Source: Ascidiella aspersa (lineage: Eukaryota). From it: a stretch of DNA of 64,000 nucleotides. The stretch is taken from contig OZ004607.1 of NCBI GenBank assembly GCA_963924565.1, forward strand, positions 15,438,001-15,502,000, written 5' to 3'. Below the pieces are notes generated by a model. The model saw nothing but the letters and a program-made list of their open reading frames with translations. It did no database searches and was not told the DNA's origin. A program made the translations under genes and the position numbers. Of the stretch, positions 12,734 through 42,223 are shown piece after piece. Each line of letters starts with the position of its first letter. Position 1 is the stretch's first letter.

Positions 12734-13996
12734 TTATAAATATTTGCGGTTAAATTGTCAAGTATTTTTAACAAATTCTTCCAAATTTAGTCTCAGCGTT
12801 GGTTTCTGTCAAGGTAACAATTATAGACACAACGTTTCATGCTTTTTGAAAATAAACAATATTTGTAAATATTTTGTCGAGCGGTTACTGCCTTGCACTG
12901 TTGCACACCATGTTGGTGCGCTTTTTCTGATTTAAAAGTAAAGCGCTAACACATCGAATACTAGGACCGGCAAGATCCCCGCTGTAGGTTTTACGCTTTT
13001 CTTCTCCTGGGGGATTATGTGTAGGCGTCGGGACTTCCCTGCGCTAAACCTCACAGAGAAATCGTTTGCGATTTAATTTGTGTGTGGTGAACGATTTATA
13101 AAGAACTTATATTTTTGTCCCGTTTTTAGCTATATAGTTTTTCTTTTTTGATGACGACAGTCAAAATCTGCAAATGTAGTGTTTGTCTTAGCGGCCATCT
13201 AAAATAGCGTTTTAATAAACAGTTAGCTATACTGTTACCACGTAAAATAACGCTGTTATTACAACGCTTTTACTTAAATCACCGAGGTAACGCAAGTTCG
13301 ATCGACCGGTGAACAAAATTCGACGAACATTCTGGGCCAGTGCTTTTCAACCCGTGGGATGGTAGGCTACGCACTTGTGCGGATGAAAATACTTGTAATG
13401 CGGATGACAAACATCGTGCGGATGTACCTTAGGCTATGTGCAGATAAAAATGGTGCAAAAATTAAATGATATTTTATACAAAGATCTATGTTTTTGAGCT
13501 GGGCACGGAGAGGTCATTAGGGGCCCACGGGCCTAACTCTCTAGTTAGGTCGTAGTTTGCAAAACCCAACTACACAATGTCTTTATTTATAAAATTTGCC
13601 TGTTAACTTAAATTTGTGATTTTAATTATGACCTTTCTTGTAACGTATTGGAACTTTTCTGACACGTTCTTTGATTTACTCGCAAATAGAGATGTTCAAA
13701 GTAGAATATTGTATCGTTTTATAATGGAAGTTTTACGACTAATCGTACGTTTGCGAGTGGCAATATTGGATAAAGTCCTGTTGCTGTGGCGAAGCAATTA
13801 CTGTGTTGCTTTATATGCAGCCATGTAGTGCGGCGTGAGAGTTTTTTCGGGCAGCCAATTACATGATGATACCTTCGCCTAATCTTTAAGTTTGCGTCAA
13901 ATGCTGTTGGGCAAGCAACTAACTTGTAATGCCTGGTGAAGAGATTTCGCAATTTCCTTAAAGAGTTTGCAAAAGAACACTCCATCGTGAAATACG

Positions 13997-14399
13997 TGTA
14001 TATTTCAACAGGGAGACATGACCACCGTACTATAATCTGAACTCCACTAAATCGCAACTAAACAAACTGTCGTAGCATACTGTCAGGTCGCTTATAGATT
14101 TATTGTACATTCATATAATTCAGTATAGCTCGCTTTCGATAAAATGGCTTATAGCGCAGTAAAAACATGTGTTGCCAGTAAGGGATGCATCGTTAACTGT
14201 GGTTTTTTAAACCGAGCAGCCGCGTGACACTATATAGTACAAGAGCGACAGCGTTGGAGATTAGCTAAGCTGAAATGCCGGCTGGATTTGCCAGAACGGC
14301 CAGGAAAGGAAAAGGGTATTGAGGTGAAATATTTAACACTTTAACAGGCGAACATGCTATAAAAATCAAGCACAAACAGACATGCGTCGTTTCTCTACA
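13997..14399 (-). mobile_element. Diverged solo LTR related to the 33817-35810 element
   Basis: The minus strand starts TGTAGAG and ends GAAATATACA like the 35418-35810 LTR. About 190 bp (13997-14190) align clearly (TTACTGGCAACA..., AATAAATCTATAAGCGACCTGACAGTATGCT, GGTGGTCATGTCTC). Flanks TACG / CGCG could be a CpG-decayed 4-bp TSD. Confidence 0.8.
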
Positions 14400-14964
14400 C
14401 GCGCAGGGTATGCTACTGGGTTACCCAAGGTCAATTTAAAGCCAATATTCATCTATGTTATGCACAGCGAATTTGGAAAGGAATAATCTCGGCGAATGTA
14501 GTGACAAAATAAAGTCGAATACAAAAAATACCTCGGCGGAGTCCAAAAACAAGCTTTGCAATGACAAACTATTTAAGTTAAAATGACTGATTTGTTAAAT
14601 AATTATAAAGTAGGTGCATTTATTCAACTTTTCTCTTCTAACATTTTGAGTTAAATGCTGTGGTATGTTGAAGGGTAGATTACACTTCACGTTACGACCT
14701 CTAAATCCTATTTTACGACGCAAATAAAACCTGCAGATATAAAACGTCAAAAGTGACCCACTGGTCCCACATATTCCCTACACTATAAGTCTATGACACT
14801 TAATTAAATTTATTACATGTTTTTATATTATGTTTGTGTTATTTTGCAGTAAATAATTTCTATTTTTTTGTGTATGTATTTTTACTACTTTTTGTAGCTT
14901 TGTTTGCAAATTAGGCCCTTCCCTGGTGAATAGCCTTAGGCCTAGAAGTACCCTTAGTCCGGCC

Positions 14965-15920
14965 CTGGAGGTCGGCAACCTTTTTTGCACTGCGGACCGG
15001 TTAAAAATTTGAAAAACGGCCATCACAAGGTTAAAAACGGCCTTCAAAAAACAAATATTCAGTAAACGAAATTTATTACATCCTTTATCCAATGAGAACT
15101 TTGAGCTTGTTTTGCCGCAAGGAGATGCTCTTATACGAATTATCTCGCATACGCAAGACGTCGGAAATGGCAGAAAAGTATTTACGGCTTTTATGGAAAG
15201 GTCAAAGTTGTCTGGCAAAACATTGCTATAGTAGTTGTATTCAAAGTACATTTTAGACAACCATCAATTTGCAATGTCCAGCACTTGGTCCTCTTGTCGA
15301 ACAGTGAAAGTCAATTCACCAGTTTCGAAAATAAAACGATTACGGATCCATCTATTTGCAGTCCTACGGTCTTTAGCGCTTAAACTCTATTGTAATATAC
15401 CACCCAAGTGACTCCTTTCAAGGTAAAAAAAACGCTTGCTTAGGTTCGTTTTCTTTCAAAGTCTTTGCTAAAAGTGCAAATGACCCTTTGTTAACGCGTT
15501 TCTCCCATAAATTAAGTTTGTCTTTAAATGAAGCCACCCTGTCTGCCAACTGAAATACGCTTGTCATTTTCCCCTGAGGTGAAATATTGAGCTTTCAGCA
15601 GATTGAACATGACACACAAGTAGGCAAGTTTTATAGAACCCATTTTTTAACAATACATTTGTGACAAGATCTAAATGTTTCTCCAATAAAAATCTTTGCA
15701 GTGGTTCACGTAATGTAAACACTCGTTTATTGATTTCCTCGTGAAAGCCACCTTACTTCTACGTACAAAAAAGGGAATTTAGGCTCTGCATCCATGTCCT
15801 CAAATAGCTTCGCCGGGTGTTAAGTGCATGTGCCTTGTTGAGGTTGGTCATTTTAACTACATCGTCGATTACTCGATGAAGTTCCGGTGATAATTTTCAG
15901 CCGGCGGTTTCCGACCACTG
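14965..15920 (-). mobile_element. Internally deleted, decayed hAT transposon (Buster/Charlie type)
   Basis: Minus-strand remnants EVRWLSRG (about 15740-15760) and FLPFPTSCVCE (about 15150-15180) with stops and frameshifts; TIR-like ends GGTCGGCAACC / GGTTTCCGACCACTG. Confidence 0.8.
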
Positions 15921-16742
15921 GTTTAAATAATCGTAGTCTGTCAAATTACGGTTTTTGAGTGTTTTCAATTTTTACCCAAAACACTCACGTACAGAGGAAA
16001 ACGTAGCCTGGAATAACCAGTAAAATTTGGGCCAAATACTTCCATTACAGTTAAAAAAGTCCGTCTCGCTGGCACAACTGTTTCTGCTAAGGACCGCTTA
16101 CAACTGATCATTTTACATAATTTCCGATTTAAAGTAGAATGAGGGACACGCCAGCTACTAAAATATTCTCCAGAATGAGTCGGAATATTCTGTTTAAAAA
16201 AATATCCGACCAAACCATCAGAAACAGTGGGAAAATGTATTGCAACAACAGTGAAACTGGCGTAAAGGTCGTCGGCATTATAAGGCACAATAAGTCGTGG
16301 ACTAGCAACCAATTCCTCAAAAATACTAAAAACAAAACAATTTGAGCAAACCAGAACTACTCCTTTAGTTTTTAAATTCCAAACACTTCAGTTTAAAATG
16401 TAGGTAGTTTTAATGTTAAAAATAGCAAATGCAACATGTTTAAGAAATAGGAGGCCATTTATTGTTGCGAGCTTCTTGTTAAAAAAATTTGCATTTTTCT
16501 AAATCTTTGGCAAAGCCGCCAAATTCTCTACAATATTATTTTAGTGATTGAAGCAACCGCAGTCTAATCGAGTAGCCCTGGTCTACCTACGGGTCTCCAA
16601 AACAAAAATAGTTTAATCACTCTCCGTACTGACGATTAAAATGGCAACGTATAGTTAAAAAACAGGCGGCAGTCAGGTAATAAAAACAGGAAAATAAATA
16701 TAGAAAAACGAAACGCTAACAATCGAAAAGACCAAAGTGACT

Positions 16743-33075
<16,333 letters not shown>

Positions 33076-33676
33076 ACTACATATCAAATAAATCCATTAT
33101 TACTCATTTAGACCTGTCAAATGGAAGAAATATAAAATTTAGCATAATATGAAAACATTTGTAGCATAGTAGTCATACTCCTATAATGCTAACAATTATT
33201 AATATTGACAGACTATACAGGCTGGCAAATACTAGCAGATCTGCCTCCCAAGAGCTATAGGCTAGTCAGCCTACACAATCTTGTCGTATCTCATCCTACA
33301 ATCTCAATGGCAAACTAAACATATTTATGCAGGATTTATAAAAAAAAAACTCAATAGACTCTGGTCTATATTTTATTTTAGTTCATTTCAAGGTAATGCT
33401 ACTGGAAGCAAACATCGCGATATTGCGCATATAAAAATTCCCCATATCAGCCAGTCTGAAAAGTATGGCAGATTTCAACGAGATCTCACGGGTGCCTGGC
33501 CAAAAAAATCCGGGTGACCGGGTGCAACAAAGGTCAAAAAACTGCACCTCGGGACCTCGGGTACACCTTTAATTTTCCGATGTAATCATTCCAAGTCTGT
33601 AAACGTCTGCCGCACCTTTTACGTATTTGGGGTGTAGGCAGAGGCGCCCGCAGAAAATTTTCCAAGGGGGGGCAAT

Positions 33677-36600
33677 CAGGGGCGTATCTAAAAATCAAAA
33701 AAGGGTGTTCTGCATTTTCAACTTAGGGAAATCCCCTATTTTCCGTCTGACGTTAATGAATAATGACGTCATAAATAGTTACCCTATGACGTCATAAAAT
33801 AGTGATTGCAAGACGTTGTATATTTCCTTTCCCTGTATCCTGCTCGTTAACTGGCCAGTTTTAATCCTCGACGCATTCGTTTTTACTGCAACGTTAGTCG
33901 TGTCCTTTCTACTGCAAAACAGTCAACAATGCACGCCTTACTGGCAACACGTGTTTTTACTGCGCTGTAAGCTCTTTTATTGAAAGCGAGCTATGCTAAA
34001 TTATGTGAATGTACAATAAATCTATAAGCGACCTGACAGTATGCTCCTTAAATTACAATGGCAGTTTGTTTTAGTTTCGATTTAGTGGAGTCAGATAGCA
34101 CGGTGGTCATGTCTCACCTGTTGAAATATACATTGGAGATCTCGACTGAGATAACAACACGCAAATAAATCCTTCTGAATAAAATTTTATGCATACTGTC
34201 AGGTTGCATAGAAAGTATGAATTAATTTGGTTTGCTAGTGCAGTTTCTCGTTTGTAAGTATTTTTAAGCTACGCCGATCAGTTATGATTTGTTTAAACGT
34301 TTGTTGACAAGTTTATGCCAGCGTTATTGCTTGTTAATTTGATGTTTGATTAGATGTAATGCAGAGAAAAATCGTTTGACGCTTTAATTTAGTAGTTACG
34401 CAAGACTGTTATAGTTATTGTTGCAAAATTATGGCCCTTTTTGGTAAAGTCTTCAAGGTGAAAATATTACGATCGAGGTTAAATACCTCTCGTGATATCT
34501 AATCTCAAAACCAATAAACGGATAGATTCTATCTCAACCAGCACTTAAAGAAGTCGTTACTTCTAAAGTGTCAAAGCCATTGCGGCTATTGTCTCTGGTC
34601 ACGTGTTATGGTGATTGATGTTTTATATCTCACCCAAAATAACCTGACCACTTTGTCTAAAATCCCTGCGTCACTTAACCGTTATGATTCATTACAGAAG
34701 GAAAACAGAGCAGAAGGCCAAACCTTGTTGCCAATTCCCAACATAACGCGAGATTTATCTCATCTGTGACTGCAAGCGAGCATGCTCTGGGTATTATAAA
34801 CCCATGATTTTTAAGGCCTTTGATGCCTCATTTACCTTTCAGACGGTGTGAGATAACCGTCATGTAGTCCACATGAAGATACTAGCATGCAGAGAGTAAC
34901 TTTCTAGAATAACCTTTTGCGCCAAGGTTATTATGTCTGCTATTTAGGGAACCCATTTAATGTGGACTAGGCGATGTAATTTGTTTTCGCGTTTCTGAGA
35001 TTAGCACCTTACCCCCTTTTAATTCGTATTCTAGAGCAAAAAGACTCTAAGCAACTAACTTTAGTTTTGCGATTTGAAATTCGAACTGCGTTTTAAGACG
35101 ATCATTTTCTGCATTATATGCTATTCAAAAGTGTTTTTTATTGTTTATTTATTGTGCCGTTGAAGTACTATTTCAGACGTTACATCGTGTGGTACAATCA
35201 GCTACTCCTGGAGTTGTTCGTTGGCCGCCAAGACAAGGAATTCATGAAACCTCTTCGCTCTAGTGAACACCACGATCCCCAACACGTGCTGCTTCCATAT
35301 TGCACGAATGTCCTTGCTGGTCGACTCGTGATCGGATCCTGGAAAGATTTTAAAGAAGAAGCGCGGCCCAACGAACTGCTCGGAACTTTTTTCGTGTTCC
35401 AGGGAGGAGGGAAATGGTGTAGAGGTCCCACCGTCTGTATTTGTTGTTTACTGTGTTTGTTGTGCGTGCGCTAAATGCCTGTTTAAGTCGTTCTGGTATA
35501 TTTCCTTTTCCTGCATCCTGCTCGTTAACTGGCCAGTTTTAATCATCGACGCATTCGCTTTTACTGCAACGTTAGTCGTGTCCTTTCTACTGCAAAACAG
35601 TCAACAATGCACTCCTTACTGGCAACACGTGTTTTTACTGCGCTGTAAGCTCTTTTATTGAAAGCGAGCTATTCTAAATTATGTGAATGTACAATAAATC
35701 TATAAGCGACCTGACAGAATGCTCCTTAAATTACAATGGCAGTTTGTTTTAGTTTCGATTTAGTGGAGTCAGATAGCACGTTGGTCATGTCTCACCTGTT
35801 GAAATATACAACGTCATAAAAAAAATACTCAGAACAGCCAACTAACGATTGAACACGTGCGTCGTCAACACTCGCCAGCTGCAAACCGCTGAGTGTGTAA
35901 TCGTTAACTTCAGGCGAAAAATAAACCAAGACGTTGAAGTATGTCTGATTGATTTTGGAAGAATTATAATTTGACTATCAGCAGCGTAGTTTCCTAAGTT
36001 CAACATACAGGACTAGCGCTAAATTACAAGCACGTCTTTCGCCACCTGCAATACTAATCGAAGATCGTTTTTCATGTTTGTTATTATGCCACGATTAGGG
36101 CAACATCTGCGCCGAGCTGTGTGCCAAGTCAGCTAAATTACAAGCTGCGATTGAGGAAAATAAGTTGTGTCAATTGCACACTTAACACGTGGTCTTAGAA
36201 TATGCTTGAAGAGCATAATTTTGCGTTAACTATCTATGTATAAAACTGGAGACTTTGAAACGCGCACGACAGTCATCATTATACCTCCTTTTAAGAATCT
36301 GAAATGGCGATGTTACACCTACAGAGAGCGAACAGCGAGGAACATTACTGTAACTGCGCCAAGCGAGCGCGAAATTTTTTAGGTGTTTCGGTATTTCTCT
36401 TAAATTGTCTGCAATTTTTTTATTAGGTTTTATAGTTGCATATATTTAAAGGGACTCCAGCCAATGTTATTTTGTCTATTTAAGTCTTATTCCGATTAAT
36501 TTTGGACTTATTTCGACATGTTTAGGTCCTATTTAGACTATTTTAGATCTTATTCTGTCCTGATATTTTTTTAATTTTGTAAACGATTTATGTGCATTTT

Positions 36601-36980
36601 TAATCGATTTTGATTTGAAAATTGGTGACAAATTTTGACCTAACTTGTAAATTTTGACAAATAATTATCTGATTTAGGTATTGTTGCTTTGTAGGTCTTA
36701 TTGCGTTTTCTACTTGAAAGGTTTGTAGAATTAATGAGCTAAGCTTAATAGGAAAGTAAAAAATACATGTTTTATATAGTAGGACCTACGTTATTTTTTC
36801 CTTTTGCTCGCGGCGCACATGGCAGCCTTCCATGGCGCAGCAGTGCGCCGCGGCGCACCGGTTGAGAAACGCTGCATTAGGTGAAAACGCGTGACCCAAC
36901 TACTTAAAAAGCACGCCGCTTCGAACAGCTTGTTACAAAAATAGGGTAAGAAACCTCCCAACCCCCTGGATACGCCACTG
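33677..36980 (+). mobile_element. Middle hAT-type element (TGACGTCA-bearing family), interrupted by an LTR element
   Basis: TIRs CAGGGGCGTATCTA / TGGATACGCCACTG; flanks GGGGCAAT / GAGGCAAT (7 of 8 match). The sequence either side of the LTR insertion rejoins to match uninterrupted copies at 49435-49690 and 41620-41987. Confidence 0.8.
33817..35810 (+). mobile_element. Non-autonomous LTR retroelement (TRIM-like; 4-bp TSD suggests Gypsy/Metaviridae dependence)
   Basis: LTRs 33817-34132 and 35418-35810 with TG...CA ends, about 8 differences over the shared 316 bp; TSD ACGT; PBS-like TGGAGATCTCGAC at 34134; purine tract AGGGAGGAGGGAAATGG at 35401-35417; no gag/pol motif recognised inside. Confidence 0.9.
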
Positions 36981-37298
36981 GAGGCAATGGATAATGTATA
37001 AAAAATGTATCCTCCATTAGTAATACGTATTACACTTACAAATAATATAATAATCGCATTTTTAAATTCCAGATGGGGCAAAAACTCTAACCTGCACCTA
37101 AGTGCCCCCCCCCCCCCCTCGCTGGGGAGCCCATGGGTGCAGGTTAGATTTTTTTCGGGGTGCACTTTTAAAAGGTTGAAAAAAACTTGCGGGTGCGCTT
37201 GCTACACTTTCCACAGTGGCATCAAGTGTAGCATGTTGAAAAGGTGCGTTAATGTAATAATTATTTAATTGCTGGGGAAAAAACAAACTTTCGGTAGG

Positions 37299-38345
37299 CA
37301 TAAGATAGTTTCTCGTCCATTGTATATAGGATTGTTACGTCACAATAAAAATGAGATATTGGGGCCTAAAGCGTTTATGTATTATTAATTCAACGCACAC
37401 TATTTGGGTTAGGGTGCTGGTTTGCGTTTGGGTTTAGGTATAGGTCAAGTATTATTAAACTTAATCTTTTTAAGCACATTGTTAAGTCAAATTATTGCAT
37501 TGTCCGGACCTCAAAATCTAAAAGTCGGACTTTTTGATTCTTTGGGTGCACTAATTGTCGTAGACCTTTTTGCTTAGAAATGCACTAATTTGTAACGAAT
37601 CGGGTGTATTCGTTCAGATGACTCATTAGCAAGGGTGTATTCAACAATTGACAATGCCAAGTCAAACCTTTTTCTATTTTTGTCGCTAAAAACGTCAAGT
37701 TAGGCTAAATGTTTCTCGCTGTTTGCTGTCTTCGCCAATAACCGGTGTTGATGTAACAACGAAATTATTGTGAAGCAGATTCTTTTAAAAGGTAGGCTAA
37801 CTGTGACTGTTCAAAGTCACCTTTTTATGTAATGATTGTTACCGCAAATTATTCTCTTTAGGAATCTAAGTCTTAGATTCTAAGACCACGTGTTTCTAAT
37901 TGAAGCAACTAATTTTCTCTAAACCGCATCTAAACCACGTGTATTATGGCTTAATTGACACTCTACTCAGCGCAGATGTTGCGTTAATCGTGGCATAATA
38001 ACACCGATCTTCGTTTAGTATTGCACACCCGATCCGTTAGAAATTAGTTTTGAGCAAAAAGGTGTACGACAATTAGGGCATCCAATCACCCGATCCGTTA
38101 GAAAGTCTACGACAATTAGGGCATTCTAAGGCAGAAAAGTCTGACTTTTAGACCTCGAGGTCGTGGCAATGCACTAATTTGGAACTTCAAGGTAAACTCC
38201 CGGCGTAAATAAATTAAAAATATTCGTTGAAAATGAGCAAAAGATAACAAAAAATGTGAGATAAGATTACTAACACTTGACCCATACTTAAACCCTAACG
38301 CTAACCCGAATCCTAACCCAAATAATTTGCTTTAATTGAATAATT
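37299..38345. mobile_element. Imperfect foldback repeat with GGGTTA/TAACCC-like arms; left arm repeated at 41002-41620
   Basis: 37400-37610 is inversely matched by 38025-38330. 37299-37600 is directly matched by 41002-41207 plus 41521-41610. Confidence 0.7.
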
Positions 38346-38446
38346 ATTGGAACGCTAAAAAATTAGCCCAAACTCGTGCAGAGGGCTTGATTTAATACCG
38401 ACTAAGAGCTTTGTATCGGCTAATGTGACAGAATTATTGTCTACGT

Positions 38447-39572
38447 CAGGGGTCGGCAACCCCTGGCACGCGTGCCACATGTGGCACGCGAGATGATTTT
38501 TGCGGGCACGCCAAATGATTTAACGCGCAATTAAAGTGCAACCATTGCATCACTACCACGTCGTTAACTTTATTATTACATCACTAACCCTAGCGCTAAC
38601 TAAAAAGTGCAACCATTGCATCACTACCACGTCGTTAACTTTATTATTACATCACTAACCCTAGCGCTAACTAAATGGTTGCACACATTTCCAATGCCCT
38701 AAAATTGGCGTCATGTTTACATTATACATTAAAAGTGAGCACGTGAGTTTTTGAGTGACTAAAAGCGAAACTGATAGTTAACACTTCCAGGTATCGGCTG
38801 AAAAGCGTCGAAGTATATTCCAAAATAAGTATTGTGCTCGTGACAGTTCGTTTTATTTTCAGTAGGATTAGGTTGTACGGACCGGTAAAATTTCAAAACA
38901 AATTTTGCGGACCGGTTGGCCTTCGAAATCAAAATCAACCCAAAATGTAATTCCGACAAAACTATGCAAGTAAAAACAAACAATGGAAACTTCGATTTAA
39001 TGAGATATTTGCTGCTGTCTTCTTGATATCATACCGATACGTGTTATACGTAGTTCTACTGAAATTTTTGACATATACAGCTATAGTCCTTAAGCACAAG
39101 ACTTTAATGAGCTGTAACCTACTTTTAAGCAGTTAGGCACAACGCTTGCAGCATTGTGACGTACGATGAAGTCCAAAGTATACCATTAACTCTATGTTAT
39201 GTCACAATACTACAAATTACGGAACCGGCGAAGTTCTAAATTTGATGGACAAGCCTTTACATCTTGGATTTTGCAATTGAGATATAAAATTGTAATATAT
39301 TCGGCGGACCGGCAGAAAAGTTGACGCGGACAGGCACCGGTCCGCGGAGCGGTTGAGAACCACTGCTCTACACTGTAGAGTCTAAGCCGGAATCGGGACT
39401 CGATTAAATTGCACATTTGGCAGGAGTCGAACTCGGGTTGTTTTTAACCGACCCTGAAGTCCTGGTTGCCAGTGCAAAACCAAATATGAAAAAAAATTTG
39501 ACACGCGAGTTGTTGATATTTTGAAATTATTTATAAACTGGCACACTGCATAAGAAAGGTTGCCGAACCCTG
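38447..39572. mobile_element. Non-autonomous hAT (Buster/Charlie-type) element with an internal 71-bp tandem duplication
   Basis: TIRs CAGGGGTCGGCAACC / GGTTGCCGAACCCTG; perfect TSD GTCTACGT; two identical 71-bp units at 38533-38675. Confidence 0.9.
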
Positions 39573-41207
39573 GTCTACGTATACTCACACCAAAGTGTGA
39601 AGTGCTTCATGGTTTGTTCGGCATTTTCTCTGTGCGGCCAGCAATTGGACTTGTGTACTTAATACCGCTATCCGCTTGAAAACTAACTTCTTCTTTGTTT
39701 TTGACTTGTGCTATTGACAGCATTGATTGCTGGCCGCTCTATAGTTTGAAACTGGTTTTGTTTATCAACTAATACAATTGTAATCACCAGTACGTCTTGT
39801 GGTTGGCTAACGAGTTAAATACGCAACCTGAGGGAGTCAGAACGAAAGGGTCAATTAGAACAGTGCTTCGCAACCTTTTTTCACTTGCGGCACACCAACC
39901 GGGCTAGTAATATTCGGCGGCACAACAACGAAATATCTGACGTTCGACAATAAACAACAATAGCAAATATCCTGGGCTGTCCAGAAAATAGGGAGCGAAT
40001 TCTGAATAAACGCGGCGAAGGCGCCAAAAATTTGACGTTTTACTTTATTTTATCTTATGATTTTGCGGTTTCACAGGCTTCCTAAAATATTTTAAGACGG
40101 CCAAAGGGACTACAGCCATAAGACCGAAATTAGAACAACATCAACGCCGGGATAAAACACAGTTCGGACTAAGACCAAAACAGGACGAATACCACTTAGC
40201 CTTAATAACATCTAAATCAGAAGTCCTAACCCCTCGGCTCAACCTAAGTTCATCAATAACTCCCCTAATAATTCCAACATTAATATATTTTCTAACTCTA
40301 CATTAGGGGTCGGCAACCTACGGCCCGCAGGGGCAAACAACTCTATGTCTAAACACCGGGGCTCATACGGCGCCTTAACCGCCTTTCAAACTAGAGCTCC
40401 AAAACGTCAACACCTTTCAGGCGAACGTTTAGTTCTTGTTTATTAGATCTTAGTATGTCAGTTATATTTATGCGTATTTGGCTTTATTAGTTTGGTTGTC
40501 CTAAAACTATGGCATTGTAGATTATTCTGCGTTAGATATGATATTTCATTGGTTTTAAGCATATGGATAATTAAATCAATCTCCTTTTCCACTTTGGTGT
40601 AAAATTTGAAAGTAATTGATGTTCATTTGTACTGCTGCTAGTTGAATAAGTCAAACACGTTTAGAAAATCGACTTACGGCGATTGAACCTATAATACAGA
40701 TTTTACAAAACTTTTATAATTGAGAAAAGTTCTTATAACAAAAGTTACACCTGGAATATTGCATAAGGTCAAAATTCCTGCCTTGATGTACCGTTTTCGT
40801 GTTAATTCTACTGTAAAAAGTACTCTTATAAACGCAAGTAAACTCCTCCGGGAACGTCGCGGCACACCTGGCATGGTCTCGGCACACTGGTTGCGGAGCA
40901 CTGAATCTTCGGCTGAATAATCTTTCGGCTGAATCACTCTTCGGCTGAATAAACTATTATAAGCTCAACAAACTAAAATCCGTGCCCCACACTCGGATGG
41001 ACATAAGATAGCTTCTCATCCATTGTACGTGTGTATAGGATTGTTACATCACAAATTAAGGAAGACTTGAAGCGTTATAACAATTAAATTAACGCACAAT
41101 ATTTGGGTTATGGTGCTGGTTGGTGTTTGGGTTCGGGTGGGTCAAGTATTATTAAAATCAAGCTTCTTATGCACATTTGTTAAGTGAAATTACTGCATTG
41201 TCCAAGA

Positions 41208-41513
41208 GAGTGATTCCCAAACTGTATGCCACGGCACACTAGTGTGCCTCGAGAGATTGTCAAGTGTGCCGCGAAACTGTTTGAAATTTGGAAAAGAGAG
41301 TATTTGTATTACCAATAGGCATACACGCAAGCATTTTAGACTTTAATACGCACTGTTCATTACAAATTAAAAAGTTTGAGACATTTACATATAGTTTGTC
41401 GTGTGTTAACGGCGATTGTAAAATTTCTCTATTGTTGTTCTGTTAAAAGTGTGCCGCGAAATAGTTAAGATATTTTTAGTGTGTCGCGAGCCAAAAAAGT
41501 TTGGGGACCACTG
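41208..41513. mobile_element. hAT MITE inserted into an older repeat
   Basis: Ends GAGTGATTCCCAAACT / AGTTTGGGGACCACTG; perfect TSD GTCCAAGA; the empty site is visible in the paralogous copy at about 37500. Confidence 0.88.
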
Positions 41514-42151
41514 GTCCAAGACCTCAAAGTCTAAATGTCGGACTTTTTCATTTTTTGAATGCACTAATTGTCGTAGACCTTTTTGCTTAGAACTGCACTA
41601 ATTTCTGGCGAATGGAGTGTATTGCAGGTGGCCAAAGGCGTGTTTGTAGTTTAGCGTAGTCCCGCACAACCTTACATGGAACTTAGGAAACTGCACTGCT
41701 GATAGTCAAAACATGATTCTATCTTTCAACTACACATATTTCACCTTCACACTAAGCGTTTTCCACGCACGACGCGCGTGTTCGATTTGCGTTTTAAAGT
41801 TCGCTTTTGTTGAACGTAAATTGGTTGTTTCTGATTATTTTTTATGACGTCATTACAATCACTATTTTTATGACGTCATACCCGTTACAAATGACGTCAC
41901 TATTTATTACGTAGGACTGAAAATAGGGGAATTCCCTAAGTTTAACATTTGGGACCCTCCATTTTTGATTTTCTGGATACGACCCTGCCTATCCCAATTT
42001 GTTAGTTATACGGTTGACAAATGTTTTTATCTTGTAATATTTGGAGAATATTAATATTGAATATAGGTGTTGAATAGTACTCCGAAAGCCATTACAGACT
42101 CACGGAATCTGTCGATCAATGATACAAGCAGAACAGGCTAGAAAAACAACT

Positions 42152-42223
42152 TGCCTGTAGCGAGGTTCGAACTCCTCCGAGGTCAAGCCGGGGCCGTCGC
42201 TTTACCAACTGAGCTATGCAGGC
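42152..42223 (-). pseudogene. tRNA-derived sequence (pseudo-tRNA or SINE-type head)
   Basis: Minus strand GCCTGCATAGCTCAGTTGGTAAAGCG...GGAGTTCGAACCTCGCTACAGGCA: good A and B boxes, acceptor stem 6 of 7 paired, anticodon arm unpaired. A more decayed relative lies at about 20135-20190. Confidence 0.75.

Larger units (their letters stand above)
33639..37135. mobile_element. Outer hAT-type MITE of a three-level nest
   Basis: Ends CAGAGGCGCCCGCAG / CTGGGGAGCCCATG; 8-bp flanks GGTGTAGG / GGTGCAGG (7 of 8 match). Confidence 0.65.

Noticed and set aside
37400-41150. Interstitial telomere (TAACCC/GGGTTA-like tracts, also near 3100-3260 and 8790-8870)
   Set aside because: The tracts are short, degenerate and, at 8.8 kb and 37-41 kb, embedded in interspersed repeat families.
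42152-42223. Functional tRNA gene
   Set aside because: The anticodon stem does not pair and the T-stem is broken.
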